Positions 1-9,170 of a stretch of DNA of 63,883 nucleotides are shown piece by piece. The notes under the pieces are model-generated. The model had not been told where the DNA came from and searched no databases. It saw only the letters and a program-made list of their open reading frames with translations. The DNA is from Candidatus Eiseniibacteriota bacterium (GTDB lineage Bacteria; Eisenbacteria; RBG-16-71-46). Each line of letters starts with the position of its first letter. The stretch's first letter is position 1. The position numbers were made by a program, and so were the translations under genes. Location of the stretch: assembly GCA_025357055.1 (NCBI GenBank), contig JANXPZ010000003.1:1-63883 (forward strand). The letters are read 5' to 3'.

Positions 1-270
1 CAGCGCCTCGGCCTCGTCGAAGGCACGCTCGGCCGCCTCCGGCTCGAACGTCTCGATCGGCACGTGCCGGGTGAGGAAGACGTACGCGGCGGGCACCGGC
101 GAATCGTTGAGCACGCGCACCTGCTTGCCGAGCGCGCGCAGCCACAGCGCCACCGCGACCTCGCTCCCCAGCCCGTCCCCGTCCGGATTCACGTGGGTCG
201 TGAGCAGCAGGCGGGAATGCCTCGCGACGAAGTCGTGGAACGCCGTGCGCTCCGGGCTCGCGGTGGTCAC
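1..270 (-). CDS. DHH-family phosphoesterase (NrnA-like), N-terminal part only; gene runs off the window start
   Basis: Not in the ORF track because it is open at the window edge. Minus-strand translation from GTG at 270 reads VTTASPERTAFHDFVARHSRLLLTTHVNPDGDGLGSEVAVALWLRALGKQVRVLNDSP. This is the DHH motif region (H-x-N-P-D-G-D-x-x-G-S). GTGA overlap with the pdxT stop. Confidence 0.6.
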   Translation of the reverse strand, partial: MTTASPERTAFHDFVARHSRLLLTTHVNPDGDGLGSEVAVALWLRALGKQVRVLNDSPVPAAYVFLTRHVPIETFEPEAAERAFDEAEAL

Positions 271-902
271 GCCCGGCCTCCGCTGCCCTGCGCCGTCGCC
301 GCACCCGCGCGCTCCGCCGGCAGCGCGAGCCCCGCGAGCTCGGTCAGGAACCAGCGGTGGAAGCGGCGATCCGGCGTCAGCTCGGGGTGGAACGCCAGCC
401 CGGCGGCGAGCCCGGCGCGCACCGCGACCGGCTCGCCGTCGGACGCGCACGCCATCACCTCGACGCCCGCACCGACGCGGCGGATGCGCGGCGCGCGGAT
501 GAAGACGGCGTCGAAGGGCCCGCCCAGCGCCGGGACCTGGATCGGGCAGCTGAAGGAGTCGACCTGCCGGCCGTAGGCGTTGCGCTCGACCGAGACGTCG
601 AGCAGGCCCAGCGTGGGCGCGGGCAACTCCCCCGCCTCCTTCGCCAGCAGCACCAGCCCCGCGCAGGTCCCCAGCACCGGCCGGCTCCTCACGAACGCCT
701 CGAGCGGCGCGCGCAATCCCGTCGCCTCGAGCAGCCGCAGCATGGTGGTGGACTCACCCCCCGGCACGATCATCGCCTCGAGGTCCCGCAGTTGCTCCGG
801 CCGCGAGACGCGCACCGGCTCCGCCCCGAGCCCGGCGAGCGCAGCGCCGTGGCGCGCGAAATCGCCCTGCAGGCTCAGGACACCGACCCGGGGACGCGCC
901 AC
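267..902 (-). CDS. pdxT: Pyridoxal 5'-phosphate synthase, glutaminase subunit PdxT
   Basis: 211-aa ORF. RVGVLSLQGDF, GGESTT, catalytic-Cys context GTCAG, FHPELT. Lies directly downstream of pdxS. GTG start. Confidence 0.9.
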   Translation of the reverse strand: MARPRVGVLSLQGDFARHGAALAGLGAEPVRVSRPEQLRDLEAMIVPGGESTTMLRLLEATGLRAPLEAFVRSRPVLGTCAGLVLLAKEAGELPAPTLGLLDVSVERNAYGRQVDSFSCPIQVPALGGPFDAVFIRAPRIRRVGAGVEVMACASDGEPVAVRAGLAAGLAFHPELTPDRRFHRWFLTELAGLALPAERAGAATAQGSGGRA

Positions 903-906
903 TCCG

Positions 907-1827
907 TCACCAGCCCCGCTTCGCCAGCTGCTCGCCGGCCGGGATCGCCGCGGCGGAGATGCCCTTCATGGCCTTCGGGAGCCCCTCCGAGAGCTGGGCG
1001 AGGATCTCGGGCTTGTCGTAGTTCGCGACCGCCTGCACGATGGCGCGGGCCATGCGCAGTTGATCACGGCGCTGCTCCTCCGACTTCTTCGGATCCGGAT
1101 CCCCCACCTCGAAGATCCCCGAGCCCACGAACACCGACTCGGCGCCGAGCTGCATCATGAGCGAGGCGTCCGCGGGCGTGGCCACTCCGCCGGCGGCGAA
1201 GTTGGGGACCGGCAGCTTTCCGAGCGCCCTCACCTGCAGGACGATCTCGTAGGGCGCGCCCAGCTGCTTGGCCGCCGCCATCAACTCCTCGTCGCGCAGG
1301 CCCTGGATGCGCCGGATCTCCTGCTGCACCGACCGCATGTGGCGCACGGCCTCGACGATGTCGCCGGTGCCGGCCTCGCCCTTGGTGCGGATCATGGCCG
1401 CGCCCTCGCCGATGCGGCGCAGGGCCTCGCCCAGGTCGCGGCAGCCGCAGACGAACGGGACCTTGAAGCCCTGCTTGGCGATGTGGTTCTCCTCGTCGGC
1501 CGGGGTCAGGACCTCGCTCTCGTCGATGAAGTCCACCCCCAGCGCCTCCAGGATCTGCGCCTCGGCCAGATGGCCGATGCGGCACTTCGCCATCACCGGG
1601 ATCGAGACCGCGGCCTCGATCTCCCGGATGAGCCGCGGGTCCGACATGCGCGCCACGCCGCCCTCGCGCCGGATGATCGCGGGGATGCGCTCGAGCGCCA
1701 TCACGGCGCAGGCGCCGGACTCCTCGGCGATGCGCGCCTGGTCGGCGGTCATGACGTCCATGATCACGCCGCCCTTGAGCATCTCGGCCAGACCCACTTT
1801 GATGCGGAACTGTTCGTTCTGGTCCAT
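907..1827 (-). CDS. pdxS: Pyridoxal 5'-phosphate synthase, lyase subunit PdxS
   Basis: 306-aa [48 protein letters not shown]: the highly conserved PdxS/SNZ signature. Confidence 0.95.
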   Translation of the reverse strand: MDQNEQFRIKVGLAEMLKGGVIMDVMTADQARIAEESGACAVMALERIPAIIRREGGVARMSDPRLIREIEAAVSIPVMAKCRIGHLAEAQILEALGVDFIDESEVLTPADEENHIAKQGFKVPFVCGCRDLGEALRRIGEGAAMIRTKGEAGTGDIVEAVRHMRSVQQEIRRIQGLRDEELMAAAKQLGAPYEIVLQVRALGKLPVPNFAAGGVATPADASLMMQLGAESVFVGSGIFEVGDPDPKKSEEQRRDQLRMARAIVQAVANYDKPEILAQLSEGLPKAMKGISAAAIPAGEQLAKRGW

Positions 1828-1846
1828 GGTCCGTCTCCTTCCGCGG

Positions 1847-3031
1847 CTAGGCGCTGCGGCGCACGCCCGGGTCGTTCATCGCGCGCAGGCGCATGACCGC
1901 GGCCGGGGTGGCCTCGAGGATCCAGTCGATGTCGGCCTCGTCGTTCCCCTCACCCAGCGAGAAACGCACGCTCGCGTGCGCGTCCGCCGGCGGGAGGCCC
2001 ATGGCCGTGAGCACGTGCGACGGTCCGGGACTGGCCGCGCTGCACGCCGAGCCCGTCGAGACCGAGATGCCCTCGCGGTCCAGCTCGTGCAGCAACGCCT
2101 CCCCGTCCACGCCGCGAAAACACAGGTTCACGATGACCGGCACACGCCGGACGGCGTCGCCGTTGAGGCACGCCCGGGGGCACGCCGCGAGCAACCCCGC
2201 GCGCAGCCGTTCGCCCAGCGCCCCGAGCCGCGCGGCCTCGTCCGCCGCCAGCCGCCGCTGCGCCCGCCCTGCCGCCACACCCAGGCCCGCCAGCGCCGCG
2301 AGGTCCTCAGTGCCGGCACGCCGTGAGCGTTCCTGGTGCCCGCCGTGCACCAGCGGCACGAGCCGCAGCCGGCGCCGCACGTACAGGGCGGCTGCCCCGG
2401 GCGGCCCGCCCAGCTTGTGCCCGGCGAGACTCAGCAGGTCCGCGCCCAGCTCGCCCACCGAGATCGGGACCCGGCCTGCGGCCTGCACCGCGTCGCAGTG
2501 GAAGAGCGCACCGGCCGCGTGGGCCAGCGCCGCGATCTCGCGCACCGGCTGGATCGTGCCGACCTCGTTGTTCACCCACATCACCGAGACCAGCGCCACG
2601 TCGTCGCCGAGCGCGCGCCCGACACACTCCAGGTCCACGACGCCGTCCGTCCCGACCGGCAGCACCGTCAGCGGGAAGCCCCGCGACTCGAGGTGGCGCG
2701 CCGTCTCGAGCACCGAAGGGTGCTCGATGGCCGAAACCACCAGCCGGCGGCGGCCGTGCGCGCGGCCGTGATCGAGGCCGGCCAGCACGCCCTTGAGGGC
2801 CAGGTTGTTGGCCTCGGAACCCGTGGCCGTGAAGACGATCTCCTCGGGGAGCGCGCCGAGCAGCGCCGCCACGCTGGCCCGGGCCTGCTCGACCACCTCG
2901 CGCGCCGCCTCACCCCGGCGGTGCGCCGAGGACGCGTTGCCGAAGGCGGCGCCCAGGAGGGGCACCATCGCGGCGAGCGCCTCGGGGACCACCCGGGTGG
3001 TGGCGGCGTGATCGGCGTAGACCTCGCGCAT
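1847..3031 (-). CDS. Cysteine desulfurase (NifS/IscS family, class V aminotransferase)
   Basis: The track ORF 1847..3541 is over-extended. The real start is the ATG at 3031 ([12 protein letters not shown]). Motifs: [18 protein letters not shown]-Lys context [10 protein letters not shown], active-site loop STGSACS. Confidence 0.85.
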   Translation of the reverse strand: MREVYADHAATTRVVPEALAAMVPLLGAAFGNASSAHRRGEAAREVVEQARASVAALLGALPEEIVFTATGSEANNLALKGVLAGLDHGRAHGRRRLVVSAIEHPSVLETARHLESRGFPLTVLPVGTDGVVDLECVGRALGDDVALVSVMWVNNEVGTIQPVREIAALAHAAGALFHCDAVQAAGRVPISVGELGADLLSLAGHKLGGPPGAAALYVRRRLRLVPLVHGGHQERSRRAGTEDLAALAGLGVAAGRAQRRLAADEAARLGALGERLRAGLLAACPRACLNGDAVRRVPVIVNLCFRGVDGEALLHELDREGISVSTGSACSAASPGPSHVLTAMGLPPADAHASVRFSLGEGNDEADIDWILEATPAAVMRLRAMNDPGVRRSA

Positions 3032-3036
3032 GAGCG

Positions 3037-4095
3037 TCAGTCCGCGCCGTGCGTCTGGATCGAGACGCGCTGCGCCAGCCGGCCTGCGATCTCCCGCAGC
3101 GCGCCCGCGTACTCGCTGCCGGGATCGTCGGCCACCACCGGGCGGCCCTCGTCGCCGCCGCGGCGCACCGCGCCGTGCAGCGGGACCGCGCCCAGGTAGG
3201 GCACTCCCAGCGCCAGCGCGCGCTCCTCGGTGCGGCCCGTGTCGAAGATCGCGTGACGCGACTTGCAGTCCGGGCAGACGAAGTAGCTCATGTTCTCGAT
3301 CATGCCCAGCACCGGCACCTGGAGCTTCTGGAAGGCGTCCACCGCCTTGACCGCGTCTTCGAGGGCCACGGCCGAAGGAGTGGTCACGATCACCGCCCCG
3401 TCCACGAACGTCAACTGGGCGAGCGAGAGCTGCACGTCGCCGGTCCCGGGCGGCAGGTCCACGAGCAGGTAGTCGAGGCCGCTCCAGTCCACCTCGTGCA
3501 GGAAGCTCTTGAGCGCCCCGTGCAGCATCGGGCCCCGCCACACCACGGCCTCGCCCTGGGGCACCAGCAGCCCGATCGACATGAAGCGGATGCCGTGCGC
3601 CTCGACCGGGAGGATCCGTCCGTCACGCTGGTCGGGCTGCCGATGCTCGCCCAGCATGCGCGGCAGGTTGGGACCGTAGATGTCGCCGTCCAGCAGCCCG
3701 ACCATCGCCCCGGCCTGGGCCAGCGCGATGGCGAGGTTGGCCGCCACCGTGGACTTGCCGACCCCGCCCTTGCCCGAACCCACGGCGATCACGTGCGCGA
3801 CCCCGGGCAGCGCCCGGCGGTCCGCGGTCGGGTCCTTGGGCTGGCGCATGCGCGAAGTGGTCGTGAGCTTCAGGTCCCGCACCCCGGGCACGCCCAGCAC
3901 GGCCCGGCGCACGTCGTCCTCGAGTTGCCCGCGCAGCGGACAGGCCGCGGTGGTGAGCACGAGGGTCAGCGCGACCTCGCCGTCCTCGACCGCGAGGCCT
4001 TCGATCATGCCCAGGGTCACGAGATCTCGGCGCAGGTCCGGGTCCTGCACGGTGCGCAGGGCGCTCAGGACATCTTCGGTACGGGCGTTCGGCAT
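3037..4095 (-). CDS. apbC: Mrp/ApbC-type Fe-S cluster carrier ATPase
   Basis: Start re-placed to the ATG at 4095 (MPNARTEDVLSAL). N-terminal DUF59-like region VQDPDLRRDLV, deviant Walker A GSGKGGVGKST, CPxC motif FVCPDC. Confidence 0.85.
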   Translation of the reverse strand: MPNARTEDVLSALRTVQDPDLRRDLVTLGMIEGLAVEDGEVALTLVLTTAACPLRGQLEDDVRRAVLGVPGVRDLKLTTTSRMRQPKDPTADRRALPGVAHVIAVGSGKGGVGKSTVAANLAIALAQAGAMVGLLDGDIYGPNLPRMLGEHRQPDQRDGRILPVEAHGIRFMSIGLLVPQGEAVVWRGPMLHGALKSFLHEVDWSGLDYLLVDLPPGTGDVQLSLAQLTFVDGAVIVTTPSAVALEDAVKAVDAFQKLQVPVLGMIENMSYFVCPDCKSRHAIFDTGRTEERALALGVPYLGAVPLHGAVRRGGDEGRPVVADDPGSEYAGALREIAGRLAQRVSIQTHGAD

Positions 4096-4215
4096 GTGGC
4101 GGGTGGTTCTCCAAGTGGGTGCGGTTGGTGAGCAGGACGCCAGCATTCGGGCGGGCAATGCAGGCGTCCGGTACAGATTCGGATCCTAGATCGGTTTCGG
4201 TGATGCGGCATCAGC

Positions 4216-4310
4216 CGGGAACCGACCGCGCTGCGAACGTCGTGAAGCCACAAGAGCCTACATCAAAAGGCCATGCCCATGACCGCTGATGCCGAATCAC
4301 CGAAAGTCAT
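4216..4310. repeat. Left arm of the imperfect inverted repeat bracketing the low-GC cassette
   Basis: The reverse complement of 9171..9252 aligns to 4216..4310. By hand, 71 of 82 aligned positions are identical, with one 13-nt insertion at 4257..4269. The outermost 12 nt are perfect (CGGGAACCGACC at 4216..4227). Confidence 0.8.
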
Positions 4311-4349
4311 CCAGGTCTCCAAGCCGAGTGACCGATACTGCGAGAGTCG

Positions 4350-4868
4350 CTACGGGCTGCTATCCTTGAGCGATCTTAGACGCAGAAGCTTCTGGATACG
4401 CCGAAGTTCCTTGAGCACTTGTTTCGAAGGATGGGCCCGCAGTCTCGCTTTGGCAGCAGTCCGGGCCGCCCGCGCCGTGGTCGCTTTGACCATGAAGCGG
4501 TAGCTCACGGGAAGCAGTTGCGTGCTGTCCGTGAGCACTCCACTGGCAAGCAGGCTGTCGAGTGTTTCCCTGCGATAGGCCCGCGCGGCGTCCCCATCGA
4601 CGAAGAACCAGGTATCCTCCACTGCCCAGGCGTTCCGCCTATTCACAATCCGGCTCCCGGCAACGGCGCGCCCAAAGTCGTACCAATTCGTATCGAGGAC
4701 CGCACCTCGCGGCAGACGACTAACCATCGCCGGCCGGACACAAAATGCTCCGACCTGTGCGCTGTCCGCGCTCGATCCCGCATGCGCGAGGGCAACTGGG
4801 AAGACTAGAACTACGACGGTGCAAAGCCCCAAGAGCCGCGTCAGCCACGGCTCACCAGCCGACTCCAT
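4350..4868 (-). CDS. Hypothetical secreted protein
   Basis: 172-aa ORF. N-terminal signal peptide (LLGLCTVVVLVFPVALAHA). Basic helical C-terminal tail (KARLRAHPSKQVLKELRRIQKLLRLRSLK). No family recognised. Confidence 0.5.
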   Translation of the reverse strand: MESAGEPWLTRLLGLCTVVVLVFPVALAHAGSSADSAQVGAFCVRPAMVSRLPRGAVLDTNWYDFGRAVAGSRIVNRRNAWAVEDTWFFVDGDAARAYRRETLDSLLASGVLTDSTQLLPVSYRFMVKATTARAARTAAKARLRAHPSKQVLKELRRIQKLLRLRSLKDSSP

Positions 4869-4927
4869 CAGACCACCCCCCCCCCTTCCATTGCTTCACA
4901 TATGTTCCCCAATCCACGCACAGTTGC

Positions 4928-5446
4928 TCAACGATAGCAGCACTTCAAACACCCCATGCTGATCAAATAATCGGCGCAGCACCCGCCACACGGGGGAGGC
5001 GGCTTAGGCTTGGGCTTCAATATCGGCGGCTCAGGATCGGTGCCATCAGCATCGAGGCGCCCGGCAAACTCCGAATCCTTGATCCCCATCTCACCCAGAG
5101 TCTTGGGTGAGTCCCCTTGGCGTCTCGGCACGATCCGCCAAACTGACACTGCGGTGACCATGACGTCGTCGCTGAGCGTAGCGACTGCCTGGGCGTAAGT
5201 CAGAAATTGCCGCTGACCACTCCCCGGATCACGTACCGCAATTCTGACCACCCGTATCGCCAGGTCGTCCGGCCGATCGGCAAGCGAATACGCCCAGACA
5301 TCGCCTTCGTGCCACATGGTGGCGAGGAGCTGCAGCCTCTCCGGCTCGCTTGGTCGTGTCGGCGTCTGGCGCCCGCAACTCAACGCAGCAATACACACCG
5401 CCGCGATCACCCCGATCACTGCTGTCATCTTGACGTGCTGACCCAT
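4928..5446 (-). CDS. Probable lipoprotein with Pro/Lys linker and Cys-rich C-terminal tail
   Basis: Start placed at the ATG at 5446, preceded by GGGGGAAGG. An alternative GTG lies at 5470. Signal plus lipobox MGQHVKMTAVIGVIAAVCIAALS|C. The C-terminus KPKPKPPPPCGGCCADYLISMGCLKCCYR has 7 Cys in the last 20 residues. Confidence 0.55.
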   Translation of the reverse strand: MGQHVKMTAVIGVIAAVCIAALSCGRQTPTRPSEPERLQLLATMWHEGDVWAYSLADRPDDLAIRVVRIAVRDPGSGQRQFLTYAQAVATLSDDVMVTAVSVWRIVPRRQGDSPKTLGEMGIKDSEFAGRLDADGTDPEPPILKPKPKPPPPCGGCCADYLISMGCLKCCYR

Positions 5447-5471
5447 GGGAGCCTTCCCCCTCTCGGTCACC

Positions 5472-6992
5472 TCAGTGAATGACGACTATGCGACGGGTTT
5501 CCGCCACGTGCCCAAGTTGCAGGCGCAGGAAGTAGGCCCCTGCCCCGACGGCAACGCCCCCTTCGTCCCGCAGGTCCCAGGTGGCCGTATAGGCCCCATC
5601 CGGCTCATCGCGATCCACCAACGAGCGGATCCGGCGCCCCGCCACATCGCAGATCGTTAGTCTCACCCGCGTCAGGCGCGGTACGCTGTAGGACAACTGC
5701 GTGCTCCGCAGGGCCGGATTCGGAGCAGGAAGGCCGAAGGCCACCCGGGCCGGATCGGAGGGCACCTCGAGCGCCCCGCCAGCGTTGGCCAGGGCCGCCG
5801 GGTCACCTTCCAACACGTACTGGTAGACGTGGTCGTACGACGAAGGGTCTTCGGCCAGGGCCGCCTGCATGGCGCGGGTGAACACCTCACCCCAGGTGTG
5901 GTCACGGGCGTAGTAACGCGTAAGCAGGTGCTTGCCCAGCAGGAAATCATAATACTGGTAGGTGTTGCGAGTAGGTCCTATGATCACGCTCGCCCCGGCA
6001 TCGCTACGGCCCAAGAGCAACTGCTCCGCCAGCGGTCGAGTCTGATAGCTGTCCTCACACGCCGTCAGCAGGGGGTGATCTGTGGCCGTTACGCCACAAG
6101 ATATGCCCAACACTGCGGGGTACCGGTGCGTCGCCGCCAGTTGTTCCACACTCCATGGGAAGTACGTCTGACACACATTCCAGAACTCCGACAGCATGAG
6201 CCAATTGCTACTGGTGCCAAATGCCACGCAAATGCCAGGCCCCCGGTTCCAGGCTGCTGTGGCGGAGTCCCGCTGACACCCCATGCTGCACAGTTCGCTC
6301 AGCCTGTATCGCGTCTTCGATGAAGCCGGCATCCAATACGTATACAGCGAATCGCCCAATGAGCGGGCCCAAGCGCCATCCCGGCCGCCTACGTCGGCAT
6401 CGCATTCGAGCAGCGTCGCAGCAAGATAGCCCGAACCGCCGGACACGTCCTGATCGTGTCGGACGATCTTCGTGACGTAGAGGCTCAACTCGGCGGCGCT
6501 TTGGGCCGGGACGCGCCCAACGGCGATCTCCGGCGCCCCGTCTTCGTTGAGGTCCATGTAGGGCCAGAGACCGCGGATGTAGTCCTCCCAATGTCCGAGC
6601 TCGGGGTTGTACAGCGCCCAGTCGTCAATGCAGGAGTAACAAGGCGTCGCGAGCTTGAGATCAACATCGCTCGCGATCAGCACCCACTTTGGTTTCGTGG
6701 TCCAGTTCGCAAACGCGTCCTGCAGCGCTTGACGCAGCTGTGATGGGCTGTGTCCGCCGTAGGAAGCGTCCAGTTCATCCAGTGTCCACACGCAGGCGCT
6801 GTGCCCCTGGCTGATTCTAAAGTCGCGCAAAGTGGTCAACGCACCGCTGAAACCGCCCGGGCCGATTCCAATCCACTCCCGGTTCATCTTGGCTGGATCG
6901 GTGGTGAGTGGACCGAACGCGAACACTGTCGAATAACTGACGGCTTCGAGCAGGGCAGCGATGAGAATGCCCAAGCTCAGACGCCCGGTCAT
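5472..6992 (-). CDS. Peptidase C25 (gingipain/PorU)-like protein with FlgD-Ig/T9SS-like C-terminal domain
   Basis: 506 aa with a signal peptide. C25-type features: KWVLIASD, APEIAVGRVPAQSAAELSLYVTKIV, Cys motif YPAVLGISCG. The C-terminal beta-sandwich tag is RLTICDVAGRRIRSLV...GAYFLRL...RRIVVIH. ATGA overlap with the upstream gene. Confidence 0.6.
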   Translation of the reverse strand: MTGRLSLGILIAALLEAVSYSTVFAFGPLTTDPAKMNREWIGIGPGGFSGALTTLRDFRISQGHSACVWTLDELDASYGGHSPSQLRQALQDAFANWTTKPKWVLIASDVDLKLATPCYSCIDDWALYNPELGHWEDYIRGLWPYMDLNEDGAPEIAVGRVPAQSAAELSLYVTKIVRHDQDVSGGSGYLAATLLECDADVGGRDGAWARSLGDSLYTYWMPASSKTRYRLSELCSMGCQRDSATAAWNRGPGICVAFGTSSNWLMLSEFWNVCQTYFPWSVEQLAATHRYPAVLGISCGVTATDHPLLTACEDSYQTRPLAEQLLLGRSDAGASVIIGPTRNTYQYYDFLLGKHLLTRYYARDHTWGEVFTRAMQAALAEDPSSYDHVYQYVLEGDPAALANAGGALEVPSDPARVAFGLPAPNPALRSTQLSYSVPRLTRVRLTICDVAGRRIRSLVDRDEPDGAYTATWDLRDEGGVAVGAGAYFLRLQLGHVAETRRIVVIH

Positions 6993-7999
6993 GGCCGGCG
7001 CTCCTGGCCGCTGGTGGAGAGGGTCACCGGTCCAACCACGCCGTGCAGCAGGTCTGGTCCAGCCGTCTGGATCTCACGCAGTTGGTAGTAGACCGGCCCG
7101 GTCGGATTGCTGGTATCGAGGAATTCATAGCGCGCCCCGCCGCCGTCCTGCCCGCGCGGTGCGAGCTCGTCTGATATGCCAGCAAACGGCCCATCCGGCA
7201 ACTGGCCACGCTCGACGACAAACGCCTGCGTGTTGCGCTCGAGCAGCGTCTCCCAACCGACAACGAGGCAGGCGTCTCGCGGGCCGGCAGAGAGGGCAAA
7301 TACATCCGCCGCCGGGGTGTCCTTCAGGCTATTGCTGCACCACGGCAGGTAGCCCTTGTTGAACCAGTCGTTGTAGTTCTGCTGGATCTTCACGACTGTC
7401 TTGCCCGCAGGTCCGTTCGCTTCATAACTGGTGAAGAGGTTGGTGGTTCCATCCACAACCGTTGCGAACAGCACCACATGGTGGTCAGACCAATTGAACG
7501 CGTCCGCCGGGAGCACTTTCGTTTTGCTCGAGAGCGGTGATGCGATGGCGGTACTCATTGCCGGGGTCGTGAATCGATTAGTCAGGTGCCAGGCGGCAGA
7601 GACGAACTGGGAACAGTCCACGCCGGTGGTGTAGTTCTGGACGCAACTACCGTGGGTCTTGTCGAAGTCCCCGGAGTTGCCGGCGCCGCGCTGGGGCGCA
7701 TCATAGAGGTGTGTGACGATGGTCCCTGGCGTAAGCGGGGGGCCGGCTCGATGAGAATACGGCAGGCCGGTGTACGTGCCAGGCTCGAGCTTCTGCAAAT
7801 AGTCCGGGTTGCTCGGATCGTAGCAAGAAATCGCTGGGTAGATGTTGGCGCTGGTCACGTCGTAGGTAACGAGCATGTACCCTGACGCCGTGCTGAGTGC
7901 TTCGGTGCGCGTAAGCCCCGGGGCCGCTGAAGGAACTACCAAGGCCAGGCACATCAGTAATGCCAGCTGGAGTGACCGAGACGCCGGTTTGGCGATCAT
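6989..7999 (-). CDS. Secreted NlpC/P60-superfamily (papain-like) protein
   Basis: Start placed at the ATG at 7999 (MIAKPASRSLQLALLMCLALVVPSAA), which gives an ATGA overlap with the upstream gene. Cys motif GVDCSQFVSAAW and downstream His SDHHVVLF, in the order expected for NlpC/P60 or CHAP folds. Confidence 0.5.
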   Translation of the reverse strand: MIAKPASRSLQLALLMCLALVVPSAAPGLTRTEALSTASGYMLVTYDVTSANIYPAISCYDPSNPDYLQKLEPGTYTGLPYSHRAGPPLTPGTIVTHLYDAPQRGAGNSGDFDKTHGSCVQNYTTGVDCSQFVSAAWHLTNRFTTPAMSTAIASPLSSKTKVLPADAFNWSDHHVVLFATVVDGTTNLFTSYEANGPAGKTVVKIQQNYNDWFNKGYLPWCSNSLKDTPAADVFALSAGPRDACLVVGWETLLERNTQAFVVERGQLPDGPFAGISDELAPRGQDGGGARYEFLDTSNPTGPVYYQLREIQTAGPDLLHGVVGPVTLSTSGQERRP

Positions 8000-9015
8000 G
8001 GCTGATTCTCCGTCGTCCAACGGGTGACCTCGAGCCCCTTGGGCGTCATCCGGAACTGGTAGATATCACCTTCCGGAGCCAGCTGGAACGTCCCCTTCCC
8101 TAGCAGGAGCGATGCGATCGGCCGCGCGGGCACTGTGCCTTCGGCAAGCAAGCGACCTTCGGGGCCGTACCGCCTCAAGAGGTCGACGCCATCGGCTGGG
8201 CCCGGCGCGCGAAAATAGAGGTTGTCGCGCGCATCCGTCCCGAGGAACACGCCCGAGGTGCTGAATACTCGCGTACCCTCCGCTCCGGCGACGACGGTGG
8301 TGTGGTCCGATCGCCGAATGGTGTGGTTCAGCCGGCCAACCGCTCCCGGGGGAAGCTTGATGCGGGCATCTGCACGCCGGACGCCTCCCTCGTCGCCTAC
8401 CACGATCGCTGCACTGCTCCGGCGGTCGAAGTCGAATACCTCGACCGCTCCTCGAGGGCTGATGTCGATGCGTATCGAGCCGTGCGCAGTCACTCGCTTG
8501 CGGGACAGCTCAGTCCAGCCGATATCCGGATCGTCAAGGGAATCGGCGGCACGCCACCCAGCCTCGGATGGCGCGCGAACGTAGATCCGGTAGCGCTGGG
8601 TGGTCGTTCCACGATCGGCCAAGAGATAGATTGTGCCGTCCGGCGATACAGCTCCGTCGATGGGCTGGGCGTTCCGGGCCGTAACTCGCGGCCCGGCAAT
8701 GACCATGACTTCAGACGAACCTGCCCGCAGCATCTTCAGGTTGTTCGGGCGGGACTCATAGAAGTAGACCGTCCCATCAGCACCAAGGAAGGGGGCGCCA
8801 CTGCATAGCTCGCCGCAGTCGTCGCAGTCGATCAGACCGATCTGATCGGGGTCAGAGCCTGCGGGTAGTCGGCCGACTGCCACCTCATGGAAAGCGGCCG
8901 GAGCCGTCGGCTCTCCGCGCCCGCAGGTGTTCGCGCCCCCCAGAAGCACAACAATGAACAGCATGTTGAATATCCACGGGGGACGTCGCTGATTGGGGGC
9001 GTGGAAAGGAGGCAT
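7996..9015 (-). CDS. Hypothetical secreted repeat protein (beta-propeller-like)
   Basis: The track ORF extends to 9192, but that part is the inverted-repeat arm. Start placed at the ATG at 9015 (MPPFHAPNQRRPPWIFNMLFIVVLLGGANT). Recurrent DG-x-hydrophobic-Y blade-like motifs: DGTVYFY, DGTIYLLAD, DNLYFRA, EGDIYQF. Confidence 0.45.
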   Translation of the reverse strand: MPPFHAPNQRRPPWIFNMLFIVVLLGGANTCGRGEPTAPAAFHEVAVGRLPAGSDPDQIGLIDCDDCGELCSGAPFLGADGTVYFYESRPNNLKMLRAGSSEVMVIAGPRVTARNAQPIDGAVSPDGTIYLLADRGTTTQRYRIYVRAPSEAGWRAADSLDDPDIGWTELSRKRVTAHGSIRIDISPRGAVEVFDFDRRSSAAIVVGDEGGVRRADARIKLPPGAVGRLNHTIRRSDHTTVVAGAEGTRVFSTSGVFLGTDARDNLYFRAPGPADGVDLLRRYGPEGRLLAEGTVPARPIASLLLGKGTFQLAPEGDIYQFRMTPKGLEVTRWTTENQP

Positions 9016-9170
9016 GCGCTGCACCCCAGTTGCGGCCACAGGCGACCTCCTTGGAGTCCAACCCGGATCGCGCCTGGCTGGGCATCGCCAATGCCAAGCC
9101 GGCGGCTGGGCCAACTGGTGAGGGGGAGCACTCGAGTCAGTGACTGGTCTGTCGCTGCAGCAATCCCTAA

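Noticed and set aside
3032-3541. A 170-codon N-terminal extension of the cysteine desulfurase ORF. Analogous extensions occur on aroE, rodA, mrdA, mreB, ileS, prsR, the GT4 genes, the deacetylase and the TPR lipoprotein.
   Set aside because: The extensions overlap the upstream gene, are compositionally junk, and internal ATG/GTG starts give canonical N-termini, often with a Shine-Dalgarno or a 4-nt stop/start overlap.
4273-4503. A 76-aa plus-strand ORF in the left repeat arm, and the first 59 codons of track ORF 7996..9192 in the right arm.
   Set aside because: Both are translations of the two arms of the same inverted repeat. Neither has a recognisable protein character, so the nucleotide-level repeat explains them better.
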